From: Tubiluchus corallicola
Lineage: Eukaryota > Animalia > Priapulida
Assembly (NCBI GenBank): GCA_030141605.1
Contig: JAQGDQ010000022.1
Span: 1,116,001-1,180,000 of the forward strand
Direction: 5' to 3'
Length of the DNA stretch: 64,000 bases
The notes beneath the pieces were generated by a model. That model was not told the DNA's origin. It saw only the letters and a program-made list of their open reading frames with translations, and made no database searches. The position numbers were made by a program, and so were the translations under genes. Below are positions 39,601 to 54,600 of the stretch, piece by piece; position 1 is the stretch's first letter; every line of letters starts with the position of its first letter.

Positions 39601-42600
39601 AATGTAATTTAAATAAATTCGTTAATTAAGTAACAGACATTAATAATTATTATGTCAATGAATAAATGTTTCTTGTTCATGTTACCTCACATAAAAAATG
39701 AACTCAATTTTCTATGTTTCAAAAAATAAGAGGAAAATGTCACATTCAAACTTTAGAACAGTTTCTAAATGTAAGCATGACTCAAAATATTAGAGAGGTT
39801 AGCAGTAATAGCCTTAAGATTAAACAGTTGACTGATAAACTATAAGCAAGATAGACCTAAGGCAACTCTTCTTGGTAAGTGAGAGTAACATTTTACATTC
39901 TATCATGTATAATTAACATAAAAAATACCGCATAAAAAGTGTTAAGAGAAATGAAATGATAATGATAAGCACTTCAAAAGATGTTAAAAGCAAATTTCAA
40001 TCTAAAACAAAAAACTGACTGAATCATCAACTTATTAGCAACAAAGTAGCATAACTGGTATGAAAAGAAGAAGCTGTTATGAATTCAGACATTTCCATCT
40101 TACAGTACACCATTAAAAATCGTATTCAAATAATTTGTTTATGAAGTTCCTGAGGAAAAAAGACGATTGACTGATCAGAAGGTTCCAGCTACCTTTATAT
40201 TACATGTAGTGACAAAAACTAAGGACACGATGTTTTATAATTTAAAACAAATAACGGAATATCTATTTTCCTCATAAGCTCATTATTGATCAGTTAAATT
40301 AAATGGAACAAGGAGAAAAGCATGAGACTTTGAAACCAGTTTTAAGAAAAATATTTTGATTATAATATGCAGCCTGCAAAAGTTATTCAGTTGAACAAAA
40401 CACATGTACGATTGTGCCATTAGCCACTCCTAGCAACTTTCCGTGCCTAGCTACCCACACCCCTTATGCATAATCAAAGCGTCCGATCATCTGCAGTTGG
40501 TCAGGCATGTGTTAGTCTCCTACTGTTCTTAATTAAGACAATAAACAGTAATCCTATCTACCAGTAGCTAGCGAACGGGTTACCCTGGCGGTCAACAATT
40601 TGCTGCCAGTAAAACAGGAACTGCTGCTGTAGCTAACAGGCCAGACTATTTTCAGACAAACTGAGCTGGTCAATTTGCCTGTGTGTGTGGTCACTGGTTA
40701 GCGAGGACAGCTCTTGAGTGACATGGTGAATAAAACGACAGTATTAGTAACAGGTGTTCTAATTGTCAAATAACCTAAGACTTGCGAATTTACATTCATA
40801 AATATTGTAATTTTGATGCTCAGCTGTTGCTTGCTGCAGTGCAGTGCAGCAGTCAGCACAAAAAATAGATTCTACAATAGAAGAGAATACAGTTTATAGT
40901 GAACTTGCAAACATGGATGAAACAACAGGCAGCACATGGAGAACAGATGAGCACTTTCAAGAGAATTTTGTGTATATTTTCAAGAAAGGCTTGATGACAA
41001 ACGTGACGTTTCTTGTTGGCGAGGAAGGCGAAAGCATTAAAGCACACAAACTTGTTCTTGCGACGCAGAGCTCCGAATTTCAGAACATGTTTTATGGACC
41101 ACATTCGCATCCAGAAGAATCGGTTTTCCACATCTCTGGGATAAACCCTGAAACATTCAGGTTTTTCCTGGAATACATCTACACTGGCAAAATTGAATTT
41201 ACTCTACAGTTGGCCACCGAGCTTATCAATTGTGCCAAAAAGTATAATATTTTAAAGTTGGAAGAAAGAGCTGTGAAGTACCTCACTTCTATCGTAAAGA
41301 AGGACACCACCTGCAATATCATTGAGGTGGCAACTTACTACAATAAGGTGGACCTCATACAGAAATGTTGGGAAGTGATGGATGCTTATGCCAGCTACAT
41401 TATCAAGACTAAAGCTTTCCTGGGTCTGAAATACGAGACAGTGTTACAGCTGGTAAAGCGGGATTCATTGGGTGTCAGCGAAGGGCATTTATTTAGCGCT
41501 ATTCTGGAGTGGGCAATGGCAGAATGCACACGTCAGTACCTGGAACCGACAACTGCAAATCAAAGGGAGGTTCTTCTTGAGATTCTTTATCAGTTACGGC
41601 TGCCATCCATGGAAGAAAAAGAATTTGCCGATGGACCAGCCAAATCTGGACTACTGTCTTGCGAAGAGAAACTGAACGTTTACAGTTACAAGTTCTCCAG
41701 CGAAAAACCAGTGTCAATTTTCCCTGTCGAACCTCGTGTCTTCCCCACACGCCTGGAGTTTCAGATTCACGGCACAGAACTCGCAACACTGTTGCCTGGT
41801 CACAGGTCATATCACATGCAACAGCATAACTCAACAAGCATGTCACCAATAGATCGTATCTATTGGAAGGTATGTCTTCGAAGGTGTACAGAAAATGATT
41901 GTCCAAAAGCTTCGATGGATGGCGGCTGTTGTCTTGGAGTGTATGTGTGTCCAGAATGTGATGTGCGACAGTTCATTATTCGCAAAGGAACAACACTGAG
42001 GCTTTTAAATACTGATGCACAAGAGAATATGCAGTACATCACACCAGAGGATAAACACGTAGGACAAGGAAAAGATGCTGGTTATGGTACTCACAGACTC
42101 ATAGCTTGGGAACAGTTAATGGATACTGATGCTGGCTTTTTAGCAAATGATACTGTAACAATAGAAGTACTCTTAAAATCACAAGGTGTAGAAAATTAAA
42201 TCACACTTCAGGCTAGTAAAACAAAATGACGAAAGACTGGGTTATCGGGATTTTATAAACACATTGCTATAATCTCAGACACATAACAATACTATGGCAA
42301 TTTCAAATGTCGTAACATTAGGCATAGCGGAAATGTAGCAATGCAAAAATTATTCATTGAGTGTAACATTTTAGATGTAATCAAAATTCTACACCAAATA
42401 TAACAGTATGTACTTATTTATATCTTAATATCAAAATAATTATTAACGATGGTACAAGTATCCACAACCAAGTTAATTGTGGATTGTACTATCAGTAACA
42501 GTCACTATGTAGTTTAAACTTTAGTTATTTTATAGTTTCTATTTTGTATAGTTCAGAATGTTTAGTTCTTTTTAATATAATAATTTTCCTTAGTACACCC

Positions 42601-45600
42601 ATAAATTAATAAGGTTTGCTACCATTTATTCAACCAGGAAGCATTACAGAGTTTAAAAAGAGGGAGACTGATATGGAAATAGATGGAAGACAAAGAGAGG
42701 GTTTGACCCAATCATGCAGAAAGAACCATAAGTAGAAAAAATGGCAAAAGAAACTGCAAAGCAAGGGGAGAGAGACACAGAAAGAGAGAGAAAAAAGAGG
42801 CAGGACCAAAAAAGAGGGAACCAGGGAGAGAAAAACAGAGAGGAGACACCTACCACCTAGTCTTATGTTATGCATGCCGTTAGTTATTGTGACAGCAACA
42901 TATGTATACATACATTTGTGTGTGTGCGTGAATGCGTGCGTGTGCGTGTGTGCATGCGTGCGTGTGTAGCGCAGACATGTGGCCAAAGTGACAATGAAGA
43001 TGACAGTGAACTCCTGCATATACTATGGGAGCGGGCATCCAACAAATATACATACTGTTTTCACTTGATAGATCACACGAAACCAAGTAAATAGACTAAA
43101 CCAAGCTCCGGGTAAAAGCAGGTATTTCAGCTAGTTTGCTATATAATAAACACTGGAGAATTCTACTGTTACTAATCATGTATGAACAAAAATAAAATTA
43201 TTCTGAGGAGCACAGTCATCTTTTTTTACAGTTGTGCCTTATTTGAATGTCTTGTAACTTGCAGTTTAGCTATTAAACTTGCTACAAAGTTAATAGCATC
43301 AGTATTAGGCTATTGTTGTTATTATGATAATCATATTCTTAATAAAAAAACATCATTGGAAGCCAAAAACATTTCTGCATATAGCTGATGTTAGTATATG
43401 CCCACTTAATATACACACAAACAGTCATTATATATGGAGTTTATAGCAGTCCATCGATGTCATAAATACTTTTTAAGACTCCCCACAGTTACATCTAACT
43501 AGGAAAATGGTCACCATTTAACTGATCTGCTGCTGAATATTAAAGAAAATGTTGAGTGAGAAAATTAACTACTATTTCCAAAAAACTTTCCTTCACCACC
43601 AGGTCCTGCTGCCTCTTGTTTTTAATTATGTAACCCATACTTAGGGCATGGTTGGTAGTTATAGCGACAGTTCCTTCTATGCAATGAGACATGTTCAAAC
43701 GTAGATAATTTTTGTCAAATTCAAAAACAAAATCACTGAAAATATTTTATAGATCAAATTTGCCAGAACTTTTTCAAATGCCACTTGGGCTTAGTAGCTG
43801 ACAGGTTTAGTTGTTACAATACCAATTCAATTCAAATACTTACTGTACTGCAGTCCCTTGCCTCCTCCAATCTGAGTACCGTCAAGTGGTGGCAACTTCT
43901 CGTTAGATAATACAGCATTAGCGATAGCTGTATAGAAACTTCGAGCTACGCCACTGCCCTCTCCTGGCTCGTCTTTGAAGCTCACCTTTACACGGTGCAC
44001 TGACATGACGGGGGTCGTTGTGCGGCGGTTATAGAACTGATTCAGCTGTTTGACGGTTTGCTGAATGAGAGCCATCCTATCTCTTTCAACCTGAAATTAA
44101 AAGTTCTTATTAGCTATTTGCTGAATGCTGCTGTAAGGGCTCATCCAAACATAGTACACAGTAATATAAAAATAGTGTACTTGCAAAAGTTATTTGATGT
44201 CAAAGTTGTTATTCATTAGCTAACAACACAAACAAGAAACCAAGTTTTGCATTCATTGAATAAGGAAAATTCAGTTAACCTCGAGAAAAAAGAAAGCATC
44301 CCTTGGTACAACTTTTTTTAACTATTCAAATAACTTTAACTTCTCAAATTACTCGTATGTGAAGTTTGAATGCTAATTGATAATTTGTTTAAATACTAAT
44401 TGGAGGTGATAGCTATAACTGTGATTAAGACACTTCAAAAGATCACAAAACTTATATTTATTTTTATAATTACTGCTCTGCAAGATTTTAGGTACAGTCA
44501 AAAATACAAAAATTCTCAAAATTTACAATTTTCGAAAGAGTTTGTTATCATACAGCACGCAGTTTTAGCAATGGTAAAATTTGCATGTTACTTAATTACG
44601 TAATTTAGCAATCAATTCCACTTTATTGACAGAATCTTGTCTCATAAATGAAAAAAGTTCCTCTGAGCACCGGCATGCAGTTCAGTGAATTATAATATAA
44701 AAAAGCAGCAGCTAGGTTAGCCAATTGTAAGTTTCCAGTAATAACACCAGTTTTAACAATTAATATCACTATCACCTCAAGGGTTAGATCCCGCTGCTGA
44801 GAATTCCTCAGCTTCTCCATCTCCCTGCGAAATTTAGCTTCTTTCACGGGAAAACCACCTAGTTCGGAAATAATCGATCCCGGCTCGGCTCCTACATCTT
44901 CCACAAAAACTCTTCCGAACAAGTCCAGACTGTGCCGCCACCGACCCAGCAGTATGTCATGTGACACTAGAGTACCTATCATGTTTGCAGGCCTGCAAGA
45001 AATGAAAAATATTTACTTTGCCTGTCAGATGACTGTGCCTCATTTCATTACAGAAATTAATTATCAATACCAAATGTAGTAAGAAGAAAAGCTGGAAATT
45101 AAAATTAAACATTCACTCTTTGTATTACATTTTAAAATGACATTGCCACACTGAAGGATCAATCAATCAATACACGGAAACACTTCAGGTTCAAGACTTG
45201 CTAGGCTATAATAGTTTAGAGCAGTTCATTTCATTTGCCACTTGTTAGTTAAGTTGGTTACACCTGCTTATGATAAAAATGTTGTCTGCTGGCATTGCTA
45301 TCATATTAAGAGAATTATTAGGTTCTTAAACTACTCACACATGACACAGAGAGTGACTGCTACAGTCATCTAAAAAAAACACAATACCAGCAACCAATTC
45401 ATTGAATTTTGCAAAGAGTGGCCTTATAACACTAATAGTGTCACTTAGTATCATTTTATACTAAAAAACAAAAACAGATTACATTCATATCACAAAACAG
45501 TGAATGCAATAACAGTCACATGGAGAAGGCAAGGTTCTTACCGTGACTGCGCAACAGAAGTGCTAGAATGCAGCTGACTGCGAGATGGAGTAGCCTCCAT

Positions 45601-48600
45601 AATAGTACCGTCCGAGAACGGCACTGGATGAAGTGCCTGAAGTGGAGGAGGTGGCAGAGTGGGTGCATGCAAGGAATGAGGTGTTGTTTCCACTGTGACA
45701 TTGGCAGAAACGTCTTGCGCAGACTCCAATTCAGATGTCACTAAATTCACCGGTTGATCCTGTTCTTCTTCTACAGCAGGATTTGGGTAACTTGATCCCG
45801 TTTCAGTAATGGCAGGAAAATATCTACGGTGGAAAGCACCACCCACCAGGTCTTTTAGAGAAGGTAGAGATAAATTCACAATTCCATGAGTAACTGGCAC
45901 TGCAGAAGTGCTAAAGAAGGTTCTTGACAAACTCGGAGAAGCAGTTGTCGTTGGAGCAAGAGAAACACTGATGTTAACTGCACTAGAACCAGCTGACCAC
46001 GCGGAGTTTCCAGCAGTTTCTCCAGAAGTTCTTTGTGTTGATCCCATTATGGGATTTCTCAGTGCATCAGAATCAATTCTTTGTAGAGCAGGTGGGTTGC
46101 TCATTCTTGATTTTGCAGAACTCGAATGACCACTTACCAATAACGACATTGTTGAAATTGCAGATGGAGACTCCGGTGTCAATATACCAGAACCACTTGG
46201 CATAGAAATGTTATCTGTTCTTGCTGGTGCTGCTGCACTAGATTGCCCAGGACTTGATCTGGAACTGACATCCGGACGAGGCAGTGCTGAACCAGCATGC
46301 ACAATAACACTAGCCTGATGCAGAGGAGGAACATCAGTTAGCCGACCATCACTGCTTCTCCCCGGTGACACGATGGTTGCTACTCTGCTCAGCTCTGTAA
46401 TCTGAGGATGACCTAAACTCATGACTGATGACGTAGACAAGTCAGTTGGCTGTGTCTGTGCTGGCGGTGTTTGGACATAAACGGCTGCTTGCTGAGTCTT
46501 TATTGTGTTGCTATCATTATTAGAAACTGTGTTTCTGTCAGTCAGGTGACTAGATTGTGTTTGAGTTGCACTTGACACTGTAGTTCCAGATAAGGACAAG
46601 TCTGTAGCTGATGGCATGCTATAGAGCGAAGGATGCCTAAATGTTTGTCCGGACTTTTGCAATTCCACAGTTCTTACAGACAGTCCCAGGCGTGTAGGCA
46701 ATGAATCTAGTGATGGCCATGCATTATTAGTTGTGGCTGCAGGCACAGTTTGCTTTGCAACACCAAACAGCTCTTCTCGGCGGGAGTTGGGTTGTAGCAA
46801 TTGAGGTTGGTCAGCAAGAGGTAGAGCCTGTGCCAGTGGAGTTGTAAACGGATCGCTTGGCGGACAACCCAGAAAAGTTGTCGAATCAGAACGCTGGAAG
46901 AAACTGTGACGTTTCCCAGATTTCGAAGATGCATCGCCATCCATTGAATCGGCATCAACGGCCAAAGATGGCGTCTGAGGACCATCATCATGGTCATCAT
47001 TATCATTCTCATCATGATCATGCCAAGAGGAGACCGGGGATATGCCACCGGGACTGGTGTCCGTATCTATGTTATCTATGCCGCTACGCATGTAATAGAT
47101 TAGTGCATCAAAAACATATGCGACGTGCTTTAAAGAGGTAACATCTAATACTGGCAAAGTATCAGAATGCTCATTGTTGTGTGCTCTCATGAGAGACAAG
47201 GCATAATGCAAAAATTCTCTTCTGGTAGCATTTCCCTCTGAACCTACAAAAACAAATACGAAATTACAGTCAATGAACAAAAAAACAATTTTGATTAATT
47301 AGTTCGCATAGCAAACTTAGTGATTTAAAAAACAAAGCGTATTTTAATTCTGAGACAAATGTTTTTCAGGTAATGCTGTACCAGTGAACAAATACAAAAA
47401 ATATTTTAAATTACTAGGAATCCACAAAGGTCAAAATAATAAATCATCTTCACCAAAGACCTGCACTTGTGGTACATTGTTTAAGGTAAGAGTTCTCACC
47501 ACCTACACCAGACCCTGCCATTCACACAAACAGAGGATGACAATTTTGAAAATAACCAGAACAAAGCATATATTTAACAAAGTTAAACATTTATCAGTAA
47601 GAATTAATCAAAACTCATTGAACATGCAATGTATCAATTTTCTATTTGGAATAAACTAAACAGCAATTTCTTAAAGCAAATGCTTCCAAAAAAATCAATT
47701 GTTTTTGATTATTTAACAAAAAAAATCACTTTTTGATGATTAACATGAAAGACAAAGTAAAATTAAAGTAGAGCAAAGCACTTACTGGAAGTGGTTAGCC
47801 TTGGCCGTCTGCGAGTGTCCAGCGGCTGCTGACGACTCTGGTCGCGGTTACGGTCACGCTGCGAAAAAAGTGGATGTGATGGATGAGCTGGATCTGTGGA
47901 CGAGGAAAGAGCGGTGCCAAAACGCAACTGTGCTTCTGTAGAATCCATAATGGTTAATAACCAATCCCATGTTGGCTTCAGGTGATATTCCAAGTAGGCC
48001 TGAAATTTGTAAAACAAAGATGTTTATCTAAAAACAGTAATCAATGGATAAACAAGCCAGGCCTAGAAGATTCAAAATTCCTTTCAAAACACATCTGTAG
48101 GCTGAGACAAGAAATACAGTCCTTACCCCATACTGGGGGATATCTCTCAAAGTAAAAGAAATGGCCTAGCAATGCAGATTTGACACACATTCTGATGCAT
48201 ATTATCAACATTTACAAACATGAACCAAATGAAGCAGAGACAAACAGACAGAGTAGCCCATTATTTTTCTGTATTCATGTGAAAACAATATGGTATTTTT
48301 TTACAATTGAATGATTAGAAGTGCAAATCAAAAAAAATTTGCGTCTTTAGATGTAAAAAGTGATATATTATTCAGTAAGAATCCATTATCAATTAGTGAG
48401 TTACCAAAAGTCATATTTTGTATTCAAAGTGATCTATTTTTAACATGGTGTACACATTGTGTTTCAAAAATTTGGTTTCAATGTTTAAAGCTGTAATATC
48501 CTACTTACATGGAGGTTCAGAGATTCCTGATATGTGATGTCCAATACACGAGGCAATGTCGGAGCTAAAGCTGGGTAATCTTGTACCATAGTTAACAGAT

Positions 48601-51600
48601 CTGTCACTTGCCTTATTACTGAAAAAACAAAAACACACATATACCGTATATACTTATGTACAAGTCAACCTCATGTATAAGTCGATATGCATTTTAAGAC
48701 CAAAAATTGCATCATTTTATATATTACCTGTGTACAAATCAGGCCTAAAATATTAAGATCTTCCAGAGTAAATGATGTGGTTCATCACCTTCCCATTTGA
48801 AGAAAAAAATAATTTACTAAAATTAATACCTCTGCGTAGCAGTGTTTTATATACGCGTGTATGCCGGTAATTGATATTTTGTCAATAAAACACGCACATA
48901 CAGGAGAGTGGAAAACTTCCCATGGAAGCCAACAGGCGGCAGCACCTGCTCAACATTGGAGGCTTCCATGTTCTGATCGAGTGCTCTGTCGCTAGTTTAT
49001 TTACCGGTAATATATAAATTTTAACTTAATTTCACATACATTAAAATAAATTACAGTAATATTTGTTAATTTTGAGAAGTAATGTCAAGATGCAAACATT
49101 CTCTGATGTGAAGTAGCACAGTATGAGTGTTCATTCAGTCCACCGTATAATGAAGGATTATTTCTTTACATATTCGTATTGTAGACGATTCTTTAGCGAC
49201 ATCTCCCAAAAACATATCTTAAGTATAAGTTGAAACCAAAAAATTCACCTATAAATCGCCTCCCAAAAATTCCACTTGAACGCAAGTATATACAGTACTC
49301 AAAAATGTAAAACTTGTATTGTAGTAGAATTATGTAGTAATATGTAGAAATAAAACAACTCTAAAATATTTGACTTTGCCCTTGCTCTCTCTAAACAGCA
49401 AACTTTAAAAATGTATTCTGAATCATCACTTGAAAGAATGAGTTGTCTGAACAGATAACAAGAACGAAATACTTTTTTATATTGTTCATATTGTTCATCC
49501 CAACTAAGGTCGAACATTCGGCTTAATACTGACAACTGCGCAACAGCAAAACGTGGCTAATTACATGGATAACATTCTAAGTCACAAAAATGTCCCAGCA
49601 CATAGAGATGCACATTAACCCCTCCCTCAATGAAATAATAAGGCTATCCGTTACTTGGCTACTACTCTCCCCCCCACATGACACTACATATAAATAATTC
49701 CAAAAACATGTGCCATAGATAAAAAATGTCTGTCAGTACAAAAATAGACATGCTGTGCAAAAGAATAGAAGTAGCTTATTTAACCAATTTCAAGTGCTCG
49801 TCGACTTATGACCTACGCGACTTATGACTGTTCGACTTTACGACCTGACCACAATTTAAATAATTAATTATTCAACACCAACTATAGCTGATATTTCCTT
49901 CTATTTTTTTAAACAAATTAAGTTTAAATTCCTGTCTATTAGATAAATTCATCATAAGCGCCGCCATACTTGATGTGAGTACACACTAAGCATCTTATGT
50001 GTAGGGGTGAACCGACTGAACAGCCTGTACATTGTATACATGGGTCAGACTTGTATCCAATTTGTCTTACAACCAATCCACCACAACAGATTGAGGACTA
50101 CCTAATCAAGTATCTTTGCAACCAATAAGCTAATAACATTATATTAGTACATTTACTATATTTACATACATACCAATGCCAAAAACCCGAGCAAGATTAT
50201 TATTGGTCGTTGCTACACTGGCAGTGCTATCATGGTGATGATGAGTGGCTGAAGACACGGGAGCTGTAGTCACAGTGGTACTGCGACGCAGGTTGGAAGG
50301 ATCAATGTAGATCAAACCGCCTGCACCTAAAGTGACAGAATAAGTTAACCTTTGATAACTTTGTAAATACAGTAGTCACTTGTTGAACAAAGCCACCATA
50401 GGACCAGCAACAAGTGGTCTTATTACTTAATAAAGAGTGGTTTTATTATGCGGCGGCCTGTTCCAAGCACATACAATTGGTAAAGTATAGTGAGTAAATG
50501 CTCCACCCTAATTAATACAGTATGTGCCACACATATATTGGCAACCTGTTCACATAACTGTTCACCTTTATTTTTAACATTCATTCTGTAAAACAAATAT
50601 TTGTTAACATGCTGTCAATTTTAGCTACATGTAGTTAGCTTTATCATTATTTTTCTAACCAGGGCAAACTTTTGCAACACACCCTCAAAGGCTCAGCTGC
50701 TTCCTGCTGGTTACAGAGTTGCAGGGCTCTAACAGCTCTAAAAACTCTAATTTCCAGTGTTCATCTAATATCGTGCACTTCCAATTACCTGACATAATTT
50801 AACATTTAATTACAAAAACTTGTTTACAAGCTTACTCAGACAATTAAACATGGGGCAGTCAGATCACTCACAGTCAAGAGTACAATAGTGATTCAACTTC
50901 ATTCAACAGATGAAAGTCTAGTAGCTGTGCAGGCAGAGTGGTAATGATGAAACAATCGACTTTAACTTTCAATATGACTTACACTAGAAGAGGTAAATAT
51001 AGGCAACTGGATTTAGATTTCAACTATGTATCCTAAAAAATAGGCAGAATACCAATAATACATTTTATTTTTTCATTTTGCTATTGCTTGTCACCCGTTA
51101 CTGAAAAATGTGGTCTTATTAAACAGCACCCTAGTACTATTAACTGAATTTTCTCAACAATAGTTTCTATGGGGGTATTTCCAGACTGTGCCTAAATGGT
51201 TCTAAATGCAGCTGGGTGCTAAATAGAAATTTGAGCACTTACGGTACAATTAAATTAAGAAGAAATAGAAGAATATTGCACTTACTGCTAAACCTGCTGC
51301 CAGATGTCGTGACCGACACTGCAGGATTAGTTCGAGGGTTTGCATCACGTGCCCTGATAGCCCACTGCATAGCTGGCGGTGCCTGCAATGACCTGGTGTT
51401 TCCCTGGGTACCAACCGCAGATCTGTAAAACAAGAATACGTACGCTTAAAGATGTCTAAGTAAGATAAGTGTTTACAGATTATATTTAAATAATTACAAT
51501 AGTGTAGTATTTTACTAACTAGATTACATGTATGAGACATTTTAATACTAAGATCCTGAATGTCAAATTCGAGCACTTTTAATACTGCCAGATATATAGC

Positions 51601-54600
51601 ACAGAATGCATACCCCTCATATTTGTTGGATCACATAATATGAGCAAGTTGCTGTAAATGGCACACCACTTTCTATTAGTATTGATATAACAATATGGAA
51701 TGCTGTTCATAGCTGTTTAACTTTCCAACCAAACGTGCACTGCAACTGTTACTGTCACAAAAGAAATTTACTGACCTTCTTTCCAGTTGGTCATCTAACA
51801 TGTCCTGCATTCCATCTCCGAGTTCTTCAGAATCTCCAGCCTCGCTATCCTCCTCCTCATCCTCCTCTTCCTGATTTGATGATGCATTGGAGTCCTCATC
51901 ATCCGGAAACATGTTAGCATTGCCTGAAAATGTTAAAACAAAACATTAGTGAAGATATTTTACACAATGCCATTTTTCAAGAAGGAAAAACACTAAAAGC
52001 ATGTAGCAACCTCACAAACTCCATAAAAAGGGAATCTCCAGTGACAATGAACCTGCAATGTCATCCTCATCTCAGAATCTCAGGTTCCTCAAGTTTAACT
52101 GATCAATTATTTGCAGCTTTTCAATTATCAGGTGTCCCTAAACAAATGAATGGCTAGCTAGTAGAGAAACAGGGACAGGGTCAAACTCATCCAAGTAAAT
52201 GAACCAAACAACAAAAATCATTTAACTTCAAAATCAGATAATTCTTTGTCAATCTATAATGTGTTAGTCATCAAAAATATACCTGCATCTGAATCTGCCA
52301 TCCCAGCAGTGACACCACTGCGACGAATGCTCGGACCACTATGTACACTGTCACTGTCGGACTCACTTTCTGCCAGCAATTCCAAATCCATATCACTTTC
52401 ATTGCCAACTTCATCATCTTGTTCAACCTACGGAATTGTACAACATATATAGAGTAAGACCTCCCTAAACAATCCCCTGCTTGAGATGACTCATTTTAGC
52501 GACAATAATGGTTACACGTCCATCACGACTTTGTGCCCAAAACACGAGGTAAATGGACACTTCGTTCCATTATAAATTTAACACCATGCTGTCTACTACA
52601 AGCTAGAATCCAACATTCAATGGCAGTGCCTACTGAATTTTGATGTAACGGTGAGAAAAGACCTTGTCCATTACCCACTAAGATAGGCCACTGAACCAGC
52701 AAAGAAGGAATTTTATACAGATGCATTAAGAAGTTAAGATGTATGTACACATCCAGCCAAAATCAATATCGTGAATGAAATCACCCAGGGCAAGTTTTGA
52801 ATTCAAGCAACTATTCAATTCAGTGACCAGCCTCGGCGTGGCATAACCAATGACTATTCACCCCATTTTGTAAAAAAACATTTATAAATTGATTAACAGT
52901 ACTTTTTAATTATCTAAGCAGACTATGTCGAGAGCAGGCCTACACCGTATATGTTTTTACTCAAAAAAAACCCGAAGGTCAAAATATAATATCACCATTG
53001 CTAAGAAATTTTATACAATTACAGGGTTGAAAAACAAATTTTGAATGTAATTTAGCAGTAGAATGCTTAGCATAGTTGAGTAACAATCAAAACGTTTAGG
53101 TTGCATCCCGCAGTTGATTTCACATTTTTCTTTTTCGGTACAGTAACTAATGAAACAAGAATTTCTAGATGTGCCTCCAACAATTCAAAAATCAGACACT
53201 AGAAATTTAGTTTTCTCAAATTTATATTCATGTTCTTGCATTCTAACTGCAACCCTTAGTTTAAGTGACCACTGGCCTTACTTACACAATTTGTTTTGTA
53301 GAAACAAGCAACATTTTTAGGAAGTAACAGCACTAAAATTCATTAACTACTTACCTAACCAGCCTCTACTGATAAGCATTTATCAAAAATAACTATAAAA
53401 CAAATACTAGATTATTGCATTTAGAAAACACAAAAATGGTGGCAATCAATACTTGAGGAGCAGCAGGTGCTGATGGTCGTTCTTCCTCCTCCTCTTCTTC
53501 CTGACCTCCAACAACTACTTCCACCTCTTCCATTTGTAAATCAGATTCCACCCGTTCTTCTTCCCTCACAGAAGCAGACTCTGGAGGTTCTTGATATGGT
53601 GGCGGTGGACTACCGGAAGGTGGTGGACTAACATGACGAACATACCCCCTCGCCACTCTAGCGGTCTCCGACATAGACTCCTCTTCGCAACTGCGCTGGG
53701 GTAGAGGATCAACTGAGAACAGTTCTTGACTGCCCTGTTAAACAAATTTTGCAAAAATGGAAATCAAAAGTTACCGAACTCCCCCCCCACAAAAAAAAAA
53801 TTAATTCATTGACATTTTATGAATCATCTTGCCTGTGATGAAGGCAAGGAAAAAGTAACACACATTTATTGCAACTTACTTCACTACAGCTGAGGAATTG
53901 TATATCTTCAAAACGTAAACACTTATGAGCCAGGCAAAGAACTTATGGTTACTGTCATAAATCGTCTTTTCAGACGATCATTCGAGTTTGTATGAACAGC
54001 AATTACTCAAAATATAATGACCAGCACTACATCTGGTATGTTTATCAACAGGCAATTTGTTGGTAGCTTTGGCAGTTTTAATTAACTAGCAGCTAATTCA
54101 GATGATGAACAAGCATTAAGAATCAATAACTGTGCTTTGTTCTAGCCTAGCTAATATATTCCAGTATTTTACTGCTTATTACTAATTCGTTATAAGTTCA
54201 AATGTGAAACTGTGGTGAGGTAGAAACATAGAAACTAAGGTTCAAATCTTACCTCTATTGCATCCACACTAGAGCTGACTAACGAAAATGCTGCACTGGG
54301 TCGTGCGACACCCAATCGTGCAGGAGCAATCAGAGAGTCAGCTATTTCACAAAGTTCTTCTATGGCTACATTAATTAATCCTTGAAACACTCGCTTACAC
54401 TTTGATACAGGCTGAGATATCTGAAGGCAGCTGAAAGAAATGAAAGGCATGCTTGAAAAGCTTGAAAAAAACTTTCTTAATGGAAGTTGCTCTGTTCATT
54501 AAAGAATTTTCACTTACTAAACTTATAAATAACAAATAATTTTACATTCAAACAAAAAACATAATGTGTGAAAACAACACCAATCTACTCTTGTTATCTA

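Noticed and set aside
38266-42042. Minus-strand ORFs overlapping the BTB genes (and plus-strand ORFs over POLD2 and UBR5 exons)
   Set aside because: Antisense shadows of real coding sequence with no recognisable motifs.
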